Shown here piece after piece: positions 42,578 to 52,544 of a stretch of 64,000 nucleotides of DNA. Source of the stretch: Gammaproteobacteria bacterium (GTDB lineage Bacteria > Pseudomonadota > Gammaproteobacteria > GCA-001735895); contig JBDNJA010000210.1 in assembly GCA_041688005.1 (NCBI GenBank), forward strand, positions 151 through 64,150, given 5' to 3'. A program made the position numbers and the translations under genes. Position 1 is the first letter of the stretch; every line of letters starts with the position of its first letter. Below the pieces are notes generated by a model, which was not told where the DNA came from, made no database searches, and worked only from the letters and a program-made list of their open reading frames with translations.

Positions 42578-42832
42578 TTACTTGAGTTTCGAAGTAGCTG
42601 ACTTCAATGCATTACCGAGAGAGTCCCATGTATCGTCACTAGTATCCTTAAGCTCTGTAAGTTTATTGGTGGCAGTTTCCCGCATAGACCGCAGTGCCTC
42701 AATTTTTTTGTAGTATTCAAGTTGTGCATCGGCTTCTGCACTGTCGGCTTTTGCCTTGAGTTTGTCGATCTCCGCACTCCACCCGTCTAATTGTGCCTGC
42801 AATTTCTGTTCGTATGCTGTTTTCATGCTCAT
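42578..42832 (-). CDS. Small coiled-coil protein, function unknown
   Basis: 84 aa with a heptad-rich sequence (..KLQAQLDGWSAEIDKLKAKADSAEADAQLEYYKKIEALR..). Confidence 0.6.
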   Translation of the reverse strand: MSMKTAYEQKLQAQLDGWSAEIDKLKAKADSAEADAQLEYYKKIEALRSMRETATNKLTELKDTSDDTWDSLGNALKSATSKLK

Positions 42833-42931
42833 GATTTTTCTCCTATTTAATAAAGTGGTTAATAGAAATTTTACACTACTAATTTTTCGAGTTTTTCGCT
42901 TACACTTCCTTCCCTTTTATATGCCTAAAGC

Positions 42932-43297
42932 CTACTCTTTAACCCAGTTCCATGCATCCTGCAAATGACTTGTTTCAAAATGCTTCTCACTGATACCGGC
43001 CAATTTTCCAAAGGGGCTGTTTACGGCAACAAGCCATTCCAAAACTTTGCTTTCGGAAGCAATTGCGAGCTTGTTCATGTTCTTAAGATTCTTGAATGTC
43101 CACTTCAAGTCATCATAGGCAGCATCGATCCCAATGCTAAATTTCTTATCCAACAAAATCAGTATGTTGATGCTCCCATGTTCCGCGATAAGTTTGTCGA
43201 ATATCTCAATCCATTTGTTCTCCTCTTTAGAATCTATTTTCCCAGATACCTCGATTCCAATGACGGCGCCTTCGCTTTCTGGTAATTTTTTAATCAT
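42932..43297 (-). CDS. SpoIIAA-like STAS/SEC14-type domain protein (DUF3478-like)
   Basis: 121 aa starting MIKKLPESEGAVIGIEVSGKI....... and ending ...HF....L.DAW.W, a pattern I associate with this family. Confidence 0.6.
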   Translation of the reverse strand: MIKKLPESEGAVIGIEVSGKIDSKEENKWIEIFDKLIAEHGSINILILLDKKFSIGIDAAYDDLKWTFKNLKNMNKLAIASESKVLEWLVAVNSPFGKLAGISEKHFETSHLQDAWNWVKE

Positions 43298-43392
43298 CGT
43301 GTTTTCCTTGTGTGAAAGGTAAATATTTATATGAATATAACTTGCTGCTTAACGCATCAAACTTAGAGGCGGTATTTGACGTTTTTTGAGGC

Positions 43393-43611
43393 TTACCTCA
43401 CTGTCTGACGCAGTGCTCTCGGACTTCTGCTTGGAAGTGACATACTGTACTGGCTTTGCACTAAATTTTTTTCGCAACCTTCGCTGCAGAAATAATAGTC
43501 GTGACCTTTATATTCAAAGGATAGTGCATCATCCGTTGACACCATCATTCCACCGACGGGATCTCTACTTTTTATTGATTCTTTCATTTTCACGACTCCT
43601 ATTTTGGCCAT
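43393..43611 (-). CDS. YHS-domain protein (variant lacking the first Cys)
   Basis: DPVGGMMV....A..FEYKGHDYYFCSEGCEKN, compared with the usual DPVCGM...Y.FCS..C. The probable start is MKESIK at 43587. Confidence 0.65.
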   Translation of the reverse strand: MAKIGVVKMKESIKSRDPVGGMMVSTDDALSFEYKGHDYYFCSEGCEKNLVQSQYSMSLPSRSPRALRQTVR

Positions 43612-43715
43612 TAGGTGCGAGGATAACGGCCCTTCAACTTTGAGAGGTTAGTACGTACACAGCTGCATATTCATTCAAGCAGTCATATAAATTAATCGCC
43701 GAAAGCAATATTGCT

Positions 43716-44405
43716 CTAAACAACGACGTCAAAAGCTATCCCAACCATGGCCGTCACGACCATAGCTAATGCCCCCCAAAAGGTAATCCTCGCTACGCCA
43801 ATACTGATTTTTGCACCACTTAAATACGCAGACAGTCCACCTAACACAGCGAGAAAAACCAAAGAAAACATAGCGACTATGTATGACAGATGATTTCCTT
43901 GGTAAAAATAAGCAGTCAGTAAGGGTAACATTGCGCCGATAGTAAAACTAAGCGCCGAAGAACCCGCCGCCGTTAATGGCTGCGCCGTTGTCTGTTCGGA
44001 AATCCCTATTTCATCGCGTGCATGAGCGCCAAGTGCGTCATGAGCCATTAACTGTTGAGCCACCAGTTTTGAGAGCGCGGGTTCAACCCCACGCTGCTGG
44101 TAAATTTCAGCTAATTCAACCTTCTCCTCCTCGTAATTGTTTTTTAGGGCTTTTTTCTCTTGCTTCAGATCAGATTGCTCCGTGTCTGCCTGGGAACTGA
44201 CCGACACATATTCTCCCGCCGCCATAGAAATTGCACCGGCCACTAACCCTGCCGTACCTGCGATCAAAATGCCCCCATGCTCGGAATTCGCCATTGCGAC
44301 ACCAATAATCAGGCTCGCGGTTGAGACAATCCCGTCATTCGCACCTAATACTGCGGCTCTTAACCAGCCAACTCGATGTTGTCTATGGTGTTCTTTATGA
44401 GACAT
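43716..44405 (-). CDS. VIT1/CCC1-family iron/manganese transporter
   Basis: 229 aa with LRAAVLGANDGIVSTASLIIGVA and SMAAGEYVSVSSQ motifs. Confidence 0.88.
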   Translation of the reverse strand: MSHKEHHRQHRVGWLRAAVLGANDGIVSTASLIIGVAMANSEHGGILIAGTAGLVAGAISMAAGEYVSVSSQADTEQSDLKQEKKALKNNYEEEKVELAEIYQQRGVEPALSKLVAQQLMAHDALGAHARDEIGISEQTTAQPLTAAGSSALSFTIGAMLPLLTAYFYQGNHLSYIVAMFSLVFLAVLGGLSAYLSGAKISIGVARITFWGALAMVVTAMVGIAFDVVV

Positions 44406-44443
44406 TGATAATTAACTCACTCCAAGAATAAAATAGGGTAACA

Positions 44444-44833
44444 TTAAGACTCAAGACTTATGCACACACGACGCAAGAGTAATGCTACTTCCTTGCTCAA
44501 AACGCGTACTTCCTGAGAGTCAGTTAACTGTAAAACGGCCTCTGGATCCATAAACGCTACCGTGATCGATTCATCTGCTTCTTCACGTACTACGACATTG
44601 CATGGAAGGAGCAAACCAATATCTGGGTCAGCTTCAATCGCTCGATGTGCTAGAGAAGGATTACATGCACCGAGTACTCGGTATGGTCGGTGTTCAACAT
44701 TAATTTTGTCCTTAAGTGTCGCTTTGATATCTATATCGGTGAGCACACCAAAGCCTTCTTTTTTTAGGGCAGCGGTGACTTTATCTATGGCTTTATCAAA
44801 AGGTATTTGCAGCTGGATTTTGAATGAATACAT
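44444..44833 (-). CDS. DUF302 domain protein
   Basis: 129 aa with ..[20 protein letters not shown]......[10 protein letters not shown]......[11 protein letters not shown]. Confidence 0.8.
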   Translation of the reverse strand: MYSFKIQLQIPFDKAIDKVTAALKKEGFGVLTDIDIKATLKDKINVEHRPYRVLGACNPSLAHRAIEADPDIGLLLPCNVVVREEADESITVAFMDPEAVLQLTDSQEVRVLSKEVALLLRRVCISLES

Positions 44834-44938
44834 AAGTTTATTCCTTTTATTTGTGGGAGAAGAAGCTTTACCAGCACAACGGCTGTACGACGATCACATG
44901 ATCGTCGCCTTAGTCTGAGTTTAATCGCCAGTAATACC

Positions 44939-47900
44939 TTACTTCTCAGGATTTGAAGTCTCAATCTTCTTCGCCAGCACGATATAGAAGGCTGGCAACA
45001 CATACAGCGTTAAGAAAGTCCCGATACCAAGTCCAGTGGCAACGGTGATGCCAATCGCAAAGCGCGACTGTGCTCCTGGGCCGGCCGCAATCAACAGTGG
45101 GATCATGGCGACGATAAGCGCCAGCGAAGTCATGATGATGGGGCGCAGCCGGATCGCTGCGGCTTCGATTACCGCATCGCGCTTGTTGCGTCCCCTCTCT
45201 TGCAGTGTGTTGGCGAATTCCACGATAAGAATACCGTTCTTCGCGGCCACACCAATCAGTGTAATCAGACCGACCTGGGTGTAGATGTTTATCGTCGCAA
45301 AACCAAGCATGATAAAAGCCATTGCCCCTGCAATCGACATAGGCACCGACACCAATATGATAAGAGGATCACGCCAGCTCTCAAATTGCGCAGCCAGCAC
45401 CAGATAGATAACGAGTAGCGATAAAAAGAAGGTCACGATTAGCGCACTGCCAGAATTTACGAACTGTCTGGACTCACCCTTAAAATCGTAGCTAAAACCA
45501 CGTGGCAGGATACTCGCCGCCTTGCCTTTCATAAATCCGACTGCGTCTCCCATCGGCACCGATGGCGATGGAATGCCTTCGATCGTGATCGAATTCAGCT
45601 GATTGAATTGTGTCCTAGACGAGGGTTCGACATCATGCTCGAAGCTGACGACCGAGCCGAGTGGAACCAATTCGCCAGAGTCGGCACGGATGAAATAATC
45701 ATTGAGCGCCGTTTCTGTTTGTCGCGCGGATCGCTCAACCTGAGGAATTACCTTGTAAGAACGCCCCTCCATGTTAAAACGACTAATAAACCCACCGCCC
45801 AGCATACCGCCAAGTTCCTGGCCGATGTCCTGCATCGACAAACCAAGATCAGCGACGCGCTCGCGGTCAACCTTTACTCGGGTGACGGGCTTGTCGATGT
45901 TGATCGACTTCTGCACGAACGTGAAATTGCCACTCTGCATAGCGACCCCAACGAGTTCATCTGCTATCTGATCGAGCTGCGCAAAATCACTGCCCGAGGT
46001 CAGCACGAATTGAAAGGGTAGACCGCCACTCGAACCTGGCAAAGATGGGATCGGGAATAACGCTGTTTTCAAACCGGTTATCTCTGCCACAGAGGCCTGC
46101 AGTTCAGGCATGATGTCAAACTGTGATATATCCCGTTCGCTCCAAGGCTTCATTTTGAAGCCACCAAACACAGCATTTGAGCTCCCCATGCCAACCAGCA
46201 TGAACGTCTCGTCGTAGCCTGGCACCTGCTCGAAGGCCGTCTGCATTTCAGCGCTATACTTCTGTAGGTATTCGAGCGTAGCCGTCTGCGGTCCTTTGCC
46301 CTGAAACAGAACGATGCCGCGATCTTCAGTGGGTGCCAGCTCATTTTGGCTTAACATCATCATAAAAAATATCGATACAAGTACAGCTAGCGCAAACATG
46401 ATCACCGGGGATACAGCCTTGACGACAATGGCCAGAGAGCGCTGATAAACGCTGGCGAGCCGGTCGAAAAAACGTTCAACAGCACTTTCAAAGCGGGACG
46501 ACTCACCATGTGGCTTGAGTACCTTACTGGCCAGCATCGGTGACAACGTCAAGGCGACGATCCCTGAAATGACCACCGCGCCAGCAAGCGTGAAGGCAAA
46601 CTCGGTAAACAGCGAGCCAACCAGCCCACCCATGAAACCAATTGGTGCATACACAGCAACCAGCGTGATCGTCATGGCGATGACTGGACTCGCCATTTCT
46701 CGGGCACCGATCAGCGCCGCGTCCTTCTTTGATTTACCATCGACGATATGCCGGTGTATATTCTCGACGATGATGATGGCATCGTCGACGACCAAACCGA
46801 TCGCCAGCACGAGGGAGAGCAGCGTCAGTAAATTGATCGAAAAACCTAGCACAAGCATGATGAAGGCACCGCCAATGAGCGAGAGCGGTACCACTATTGA
46901 AGGAATGATAGCTGCCCGCAGCGATCCAAGACATAAAAACACAATGACAAGAACGATAACCACCGCCTCGAGTAGCGTTTTGATGACTTCATTGATTGAA
47001 TCGTCGATAAATTCGGAGGCATCGAAGGGCAGCTCAACCTGCAGACTAGACGGCAGCTGCGACTCAATGTCCGGCAGGAGTTCCTTGACTCGTTCTGCCA
47101 CAGACAGTGGATTGGAACCCGGAGAAATATTGATGGCGACGTAGGTCGAGGGCTTGCCTTTGTAAAGTGCAATGTTCTCGTAGGTCTGCGATCCGAGCTC
47201 TACCCTAGCAATATCTTTGAGACGAACGATGGTATCTTCGGTCGATTTGATCACCAGATTCTCGAACTGTTCGGTGTTCGCGACATCAGTATTGCTAGTG
47301 AGGTTGATCTGGATGAATTCATCTTTGGTTTGCCCGACCGCAGAAATGTAGTTGTTCTCGCGCAGAGTTTGAGCAATATCGGTCGAGGTGAGATTAACGG
47401 CAGCGAGTCTTTGAGGATCGAGCCAGACTCTTAGCGCAAAGCGCCGCCCTAGCAGTTCGGCTTTGCCGACACCCGACAGGGCCTGTAGTTTTGGCTGGAC
47501 TTCCCGGGCAAGATAATCTGAGATCTGTGGGACTTGCATAGTGTCGCTGAAGAAGGCGATGTACATGAGCGCGCGCCCTTCTCCCGTCGTTGAGTTGATC
47601 ACAGGATCCTGAGCCTTAGCAGGTAACACGTTACGCTGACTGGCAACCTTAGATTGGATCTCCGCCAACGCGTCATTGGCATCGTAGTTGAGTTCCATCT
47701 GAGCTTCGATGGTCGAAAAGCCCTGCTTACTAGACGAGCTCAGAAAGTCGATACCTTTAGCTTCGGCAATGGCCTGTTGCAGAGGCTGGGTGATGAAGCC
47801 CTGGATCAGTTCACTGCTGGCGCCTGGATATACAGTAGTAACCGTGACTTTAGTGCTTTCCAGTACAGGGTATTCGCGGATCTCCATTCCCATGATGGAG

Positions 47901-47980
47901 CGCGCACCCACCAGTAATATCAGCAGGCTGACAACCGTGGATAGAACCGGTCGTTGTATAAATATATCTGTAAAACGCAT
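44939..47980 (-). CDS. RND-family efflux transporter permease (AcrB-like)
   Basis: 1013 aa starting MRFTDIFIQRPVLSTVVSLLILLVG, with 12-TM/two-loop length and sequence. Confidence 0.95.
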   Translation of the reverse strand: MRFTDIFIQRPVLSTVVSLLILLVGARSIMGMEIREYPVLESTKVTVTTVYPGASSELIQGFITQPLQQAIAEAKGIDFLSSSSKQGFSTIEAQMELNYDANDALAEIQSKVASQRNVLPAKAQDPVINSTTGEGRALMYIAFFSDTMQVPQISDYLAREVQPKLQALSGVGKAELLGRRFALRVWLDPQRLAAVNLTSTDIAQTLRENNYISAVGQTKDEFIQINLTSNTDVANTEQFENLVIKSTEDTIVRLKDIARVELGSQTYENIALYKGKPSTYVAINISPGSNPLSVAERVKELLPDIESQLPSSLQVELPFDASEFIDDSINEVIKTLLEAVVIVLVIVFLCLGSLRAAIIPSIVVPLSLIGGAFIMLVLGFSINLLTLLSLVLAIGLVVDDAIIIVENIHRHIVDGKSKKDAALIGAREMASPVIAMTITLVAVYAPIGFMGGLVGSLFTEFAFTLAGAVVISGIVALTLSPMLASKVLKPHGESSRFESAVERFFDRLASVYQRSLAIVVKAVSPVIMFALAVLVSIFFMMMLSQNELAPTEDRGIVLFQGKGPQTATLEYLQKYSAEMQTAFEQVPGYDETFMLVGMGSSNAVFGGFKMKPWSERDISQFDIMPELQASVAEITGLKTALFPIPSLPGSSGGLPFQFVLTSGSDFAQLDQIADELVGVAMQSGNFTFVQKSINIDKPVTRVKVDRERVADLGLSMQDIGQELGGMLGGGFISRFNMEGRSYKVIPQVERSARQTETALNDYFIRADSGELVPLGSVVSFEHDVEPSSRTQFNQLNSITIEGIPSPSVPMGDAVGFMKGKAASILPRGFSYDFKGESRQFVNSGSALIVTFFLSLLVIYLVLAAQFESWRDPLIILVSVPMSIAGAMAFIMLGFATINIYTQVGLITLIGVAAKNGILIVEFANTLQERGRNKRDAVIEAAAIRLRPIIMTSLALIVAMIPLLIAAGPGAQSRFAIGITVATGLGIGTFLTLYVLPAFYIVLAKKIETSNPEK

Positions 47981-47982
47981 GG

Positions 47983-49116
47983 TTATTCTACTCCAACACC
48001 GGCTGTGGGCGTGTCTTTCTGCTTGATCTGCACTGGCTGGCCAGCTCTCAGGCGAAGCAGGCCGGATGCAATGATACGCTCACCAGGTTCAAGTCCTTTC
48101 TTAACTTCAGTCATGCCATCCCGTGTGGCGCCGGTTTCTAATGTCCGCCGCTCGGTCACCAGTTGGCCCTTTTCATTTTCAGTTAATGCATAGGCGAAGT
48201 TGCCGTAGGTGTTGAACGACAGTGCCGTGTTTGGAATCGCAACGACCTGCCGCACGTCCTCTGCAATGGTTCTGATAGTAGCAAACATGCCAGGCTTAAG
48301 GCTTTGTTGTGGGTTGGGAAGCTTGGCGCGCAGTTGAATTGTACGTGTTTCAGACGTGACCGAGCTGTTGATGGCGGTAACAGCGCCCTTGAACACTACT
48401 GGACCTGTTGCCGCCACGGTGACTTCGACGGAATCACCAATATCGACATTGGCCAGCTCCTTTTCAGACAAAGTGTATTCGACCAGAATCGGATCAAGCA
48501 TGTTAATTTCAACGATCGGAGTACCTACGAATAGGTATTCACCAATATCCGCCAGACGGAGTCCAAGCACGCCGTCGAAGGGTGCCGTCAGTACTTTTTT
48601 GCTAAGCTGGGCCTCAGCCTCCTTCACCCGTGCTCTGGCAGTATCCTGTGCAGCCTTTGCTACATCGAAGGCGGACTGTGACACTGCTCGTTTGGAGATC
48701 AGGTCGGCGCTACGCTGAAACTCCTTCGACGCAAGCTGTGCCTCAGTAAGACGTGTTTTAAGAGCGGCTTGTTCGATATTGCTGTTCAGGCGAATCAGGA
48801 TATCGCCTTTCTTGACGCGTTGACCCGATTCGAACAATACCTCAGTAACAATGCCTGGCAATTCATTGGCAACCTTGACGCCGTTTATGGCTCTGATACC
48901 ACCGACTGACTGAATACTCGGTTCCCAATAGACGCTAGAGACCTGGGTTGCTTCGACAATGGTGGCGGGACGTGTCTGTGATAACTTGGCCTGCATTTGA
49001 TCAATTTGATAGAATTTATAGCCAAAAACGCCGCCGATGATAATAAACAGCAGAACGATAGCAATTGCGAAGCGAGGGAGCGTACTCATCTGGTGGACAT
49101 CCTTTCTAGTTGACAT
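47983..49116 (-). CDS. RND efflux periplasmic adaptor (membrane fusion protein)
   Basis: 377 aa with an N-terminal anchor and lipoyl/hairpin/beta-barrel pattern. It lies 2 nt upstream of the RND gene. Confidence 0.9.
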   Translation of the reverse strand: MSTRKDVHQMSTLPRFAIAIVLLFIIIGGVFGYKFYQIDQMQAKLSQTRPATIVEATQVSSVYWEPSIQSVGGIRAINGVKVANELPGIVTEVLFESGQRVKKGDILIRLNSNIEQAALKTRLTEAQLASKEFQRSADLISKRAVSQSAFDVAKAAQDTARARVKEAEAQLSKKVLTAPFDGVLGLRLADIGEYLFVGTPIVEINMLDPILVEYTLSEKELANVDIGDSVEVTVAATGPVVFKGAVTAINSSVTSETRTIQLRAKLPNPQQSLKPGMFATIRTIAEDVRQVVAIPNTALSFNTYGNFAYALTENEKGQLVTERRTLETGATRDGMTEVKKGLEPGERIIASGLLRLRAGQPVQIKQKDTPTAGVGVE

Positions 49117-49350
49117 GAGTGAATAACTCTAAAAAATCGGCCCATGCGTAGCGAATTTTATTTTAGAAACTTGGGATTTTGAAACTCTCAGTCTACTTAT
49201 ATGAAACTATTAACATCCACGATGTTTTTTCATGAATTTGTATTCTATCTGAGACAAGAGATACCGCTGAATACTTCGCTAGGCTCACAGAGAAAATCAA
49301 CAAATATCAATTCTACTGTCTCAGACGCTAAGCAATCTCGATATACCACT

Positions 49351-49661
49351 ATGGTGCAAATTATGTGATGTCGTCTGTACGCTACCGCACGCTAAAAACC
49401 TATAAGCCAGTTGTTTGTTTAGCTGGACATGAATCTCTTGTGGTGCATGAACGACAAATGTTGGTCAGCTTTTGTTACGGGGGCCAAAGTAATAACCGGT
49501 CGGTTTATTTTTTGACAACGGCATAAAACTCATAACGAACAAAGCTCTTCAAGTTTTGGGCGATTGAAAACTGTGATATATCCTCGGAATATTCGATGAC
49601 ACCGAGTTGTTGAAAGTTGCCGGCAGCTTCGGTGACTCACTCACGGCGAACGCCCAACATG
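49351..49661. repeat. Direct repeat copy A (about 311 bp) of 53532-53842
   Basis: Collinear alignment by eye shows one 1-nt indel and roughly 85-90 percent identity. It includes a decayed copy of the 3' end of the Crp-like gene. Confidence 0.9.
49475..49660 (-). pseudogene. 3' fragment of a Crp/Fnr-family gene (paralogue of 53659..54372)
   Basis: MLGVRRE*VTEAAGNFQQLGVIEYSEDISQFSIAQNLKSFVRYEFYAVVKK*, compared with the intact MLGVRREGVTEAAGKLQQLDVIDYSRGHIKVLDRPKLEEICCECYAVVKKE. Confidence 0.8.
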
Positions 49662-49774
49662 GGCACGGTGAGATTAAGAACACCAGCAAGACTGGCCGTG
49701 GCTATTGGGTTCAAACGACTATTGTTCCGGCCCTAAATGATAAGGGCAAGCCCCTAATTATGTATTGGAATTAG
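49659..49774 (+). pseudogene. PAS-domain gene fragment
   Basis: HGHGEIKNTSKTGRGYWVQTTIVPALNDKGKPLIMYWN* matches the end of a PAS fold (W.GE..n..K.G...W....i.P..d..G.p). It is fused head-on to the Crp fragment. Confidence 0.55.
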
Positions 49775-49857
49775 AAGCACCATTTTTAGATCCTCCACTT
49801 GCACGCGACGACTTTAGCGCAAAACAAAATCCTGTCGCGGAGTCCGCCCCATGATCG

Positions 49858-50295
49858 CTAGCGCTCCCAGACGCGGCGCATCTGCAAATACATAAAAGAT
49901 ACCGTCCAGCCTATCAATAAAAGTCCGGTCAGCGCCTCCATACCAGCCATAAAACGCAGCGAACCCGATGGCACCAGGTCACCGTAACCCAGCGTGGTAT
50001 AGCTGATGAGCGAGAAGTAGGTGCATTCAGCAAAGTCAGCAGCTTGACCGCCGACAATAGCACCATAACCGTCACCATCGATTAACTCGCAATAAGCCCA
50101 ACCAAACAGCACCACCTCAATCACGTGCACAATCAGCAAGCAGCATACTAGGATCGACAAATGCCAGCGATGCCAGGCATTGTTTCGGTGTAGCAGGTTT
50201 CCTGCGCGTCGCAACAGCCTCATCGCCTCGTAGTGCAGCATGACACATAAAATAACCAATACCAGTGTGGCACTCAGGGTTACCAACATGAGCAA
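49858..50295 (-). CDS. Two-TM potassium channel family protein
   Basis: 145 aa with the pore signature YTTLGYGD. Confidence 0.8.
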   Translation of the reverse strand: MLMLVTLSATLVLVILCVMLHYEAMRLLRRAGNLLHRNNAWHRWHLSILVCCLLIVHVIEVVLFGWAYCELIDGDGYGAIVGGQAADFAECTYFSLISYTTLGYGDLVPSGSLRFMAGMEALTGLLLIGWTVSFMYLQMRRVWER

Positions 50296-50319
50296 GACCT
50301 GTCGTTTGTTGCTATAAGA

Positions 50320-50526
50320 TTACTTTGCATTTTCTTTTGTCTTTGAATGTAAGCAAAATCGGGCTCCATTGAAAATAGTCAGCATGGCCAAAAACGATAA
50401 GATCACCAGCATCCATAGCCAGTGCCCTGCCCACATTTTCTCATCAAGCATGTGCTTGTCCATCAAGGTATATGAACCTTTCAAATCGCAGACATCAATG
50501 TTGGTGTGTTTGAGACTCCTCATCAT
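50320..50526 (-). CDS. Small membrane protein, hypothetical
   Basis: 68-aa track ORF with one TM (WLWMLVILSFLAMLTIF). It overlaps the 3' end of the APC gene by 32 nt. Confidence 0.3.
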   Translation of the reverse strand: MMRSLKHTNIDVCDLKGSYTLMDKHMLDEKMWAGHWLWMLVILSFLAMLTIFNGARFCLHSKTKENAK

Positions 50527-51847
50527 TTATCGCTGTTTTTCTTGCTGAAGATGTAAGGTATATCTGCTCGCCAATCGCAAGCACCGCCATGGTGACGACC
50601 GCGACGCCAATCACAAACGGATCTGAATTCAACTTGACCCAGACAAAACCGCCCATAACTATCAGATCTAGGGCTATCGCCAAGGACGGCACCCATATCG
50701 AAGCCTTTACATCCTCGCGCAAGTAACGCAACACCCCCCAATGAATGGCGATGTCCATAATCAGATAGAAGATAATCCCTAGCGCCGCAATCCGTGAAAG
50801 GTCAAAAAAGGCGGTCAGGATCAAAGCCAGCACAACAGTGTAAACAAGCGTGTGCTTCTGAATGCTTCCGGGCATGCCGAAATGGCTGTGCGGCACCAGT
50901 TTCATTTCAGTCAGCATGGCCAGCATGCGAGACACCGCAAAGATGCTGGCTAGGATGCCGCCCGAAGTAGCCATCATGGCGATTGCCACGGTGAACCATA
51001 CTCCATATTGACCCAGTGCCGGGCGCGCAGCCGCCGCCAGCGAGTAATCGCGGGTCTCAATAATTTCGGCGAGGGACAGATTGCTCGCAACGGCAAAGCC
51101 AACAAGCGTGTAGATCACCACACAGGCGGCAATTGAAATGACGATGGCGCGGCCAACGTTGTGATGCGGGTCTTTAACTTCGGAGCCGCTATTGGTAATC
51201 GTGGTAAAGCCTTTAAAGGCCAGTATCCCTAGTGCGGTTGCGCCAACGAAATTTTCAATCGCACCGACTTCTCCAGTGCCGGAGAGATCGACAGCAAGAC
51301 TGTCGGCCAACCAGACGCCGACCAGTCCTATGATCAGAATACCACCGATCTTTAACACGCCAATAAATGATGCCACTCCCTGAATCATGCGGTTGTCCAG
51401 AAGGTTGATCACAAAGGCCACTAGGATCAGTGACACTCCGAGAACAGGCACCATAAGCCCGCTTTCATCGCCTCCGAAAAGCTGCATGGTGTAGGAGCCA
51501 AAGGTGCGGGCCAGAAAGCTTTGGGCAATCACCATCGAGAAATACATCAGCAGGGCGTTAAAAGCAGTGGATAAGCGATCGCCGTAGGCCTTATACAGAT
51601 ACATGCCAATGCCGCCAGCCGACGGATAAGCGTTTGAGATCTTGATATATGAATAGGAACTAAAAGAAACAATTACCGCCGCAGCGAGGAAGGCCAGCGG
51701 GAAGAGCGCTCCCGTCATCTCGGCCATTTGTCCGGTCAGGGCAAATATACCAGCGCCTATCATGACGCCAGTTCCCAGCATAACCGTACCGGCTAGCGTT
51801 AGACTGTCCGCTTTGTAGGGCGTCGTCCTGTCTGGCTTCTTACTCAT
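50495..51847 (-). CDS. APC-family amino acid permease
   Basis: 450 aa with GTGVMIGAGIFALTG and a 12-TM pattern. Confidence 0.88.
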   Translation of the reverse strand: MSKKPDRTTPYKADSLTLAGTVMLGTGVMIGAGIFALTGQMAEMTGALFPLAFLAAAVIVSFSSYSYIKISNAYPSAGGIGMYLYKAYGDRLSTAFNALLMYFSMVIAQSFLARTFGSYTMQLFGGDESGLMVPVLGVSLILVAFVINLLDNRMIQGVASFIGVLKIGGILIIGLVGVWLADSLAVDLSGTGEVGAIENFVGATALGILAFKGFTTITNSGSEVKDPHHNVGRAIVISIAACVVIYTLVGFAVASNLSLAEIIETRDYSLAAAARPALGQYGVWFTVAIAMMATSGGILASIFAVSRMLAMLTEMKLVPHSHFGMPGSIQKHTLVYTVVLALILTAFFDLSRIAALGIIFYLIMDIAIHWGVLRYLREDVKASIWVPSLAIALDLIVMGGFVWVKLNSDPFVIGVAVVTMAVLAIGEQIYLTSSARKTAINDEESQTHQH

Positions 51848-51965
51848 TTTCGTTCTTCGATGGCATTGAAATGTCCTCCGTACCTATATCGTGTCAGGTG
51901 AATACCTTATTCCTCTTTCCAAAAACGTTCCGTACCCCTGCCTTGTTGCCTTAAGTCGTCATGAT

Positions 51966-52544
51966 TCACCGCTTTTCGACGACGACCGTATTGATTGTCC
52001 GGCGAGTGCTACCAAACACATGATCCCAAAACGAAGAAGTTACGCCGTAACACCCCGAGTGTTCGACGTTGCCGTGATGCAGCGCATGCCAGCGCTTTCG
52101 ATTTTTTAACCAGACATTGTCGCTGCGCCAATGATGGATGGCATGGTGGGTGACCGTGTAGGCAAGATATCCGATCAGTATGCCGACTGTCAGAGCGCAG
52201 CTGTGCAACAGCCCGCCTAATAACAGTGCAGGCAGGAAAACCAGTAGCGCAAACAGTATCATGCTCATGATCGTCGGGGTGAAGATCAAAGCCCTTGGTC
52301 GCTGATGGTGCCGCAAATGCAGGCGGCGAAACGCTATCAAACCGTGCAGCACAAAGCGATGCAAGGCGTACTCGATGCCTGTCCAACTCGCGATCCCGGC
52401 CAATGCGAGTGCCAACATTTCCGGCCACTGCTCGCGGGTGCCCGTCACCAGAAGGAAGCCTGTCAACAGCAGAATAGCACTGCCATAAAGCGCGAAGTCT
52501 GCTTGGTATGCCAATTTGCTATGTTCAAGCGTGAAATGTTTCAT
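51966..52544 (-). CDS. Fatty acid hydroxylase / sterol desaturase family protein
   Basis: 192 aa with His boxes HRFVLH, HLRHH, HHAIHH and HALHH. Confidence 0.8.
   Translation of the reverse strand: MKHFTLEHSKLAYQADFALYGSAILLLTGFLLVTGTREQWPEMLALALAGIASWTGIEYALHRFVLHGLIAFRRLHLRHHQRPRALIFTPTIMSMILFALLVFLPALLLGGLLHSCALTVGILIGYLAYTVTHHAIHHWRSDNVWLKNRKRWHALHHGNVEHSGCYGVTSSFWDHVFGSTRRTINTVVVEKR

Noticed and set aside
46515-47144. 209-aa + strand ORF (and 45608..46021, 137 aa) inside the RND gene
   Set aside because: It is antisense to a well-supported 1013-aa AcrB-like gene. The Ser/Thr/Ala-rich low-complexity translation is typical of a shadow ORF.
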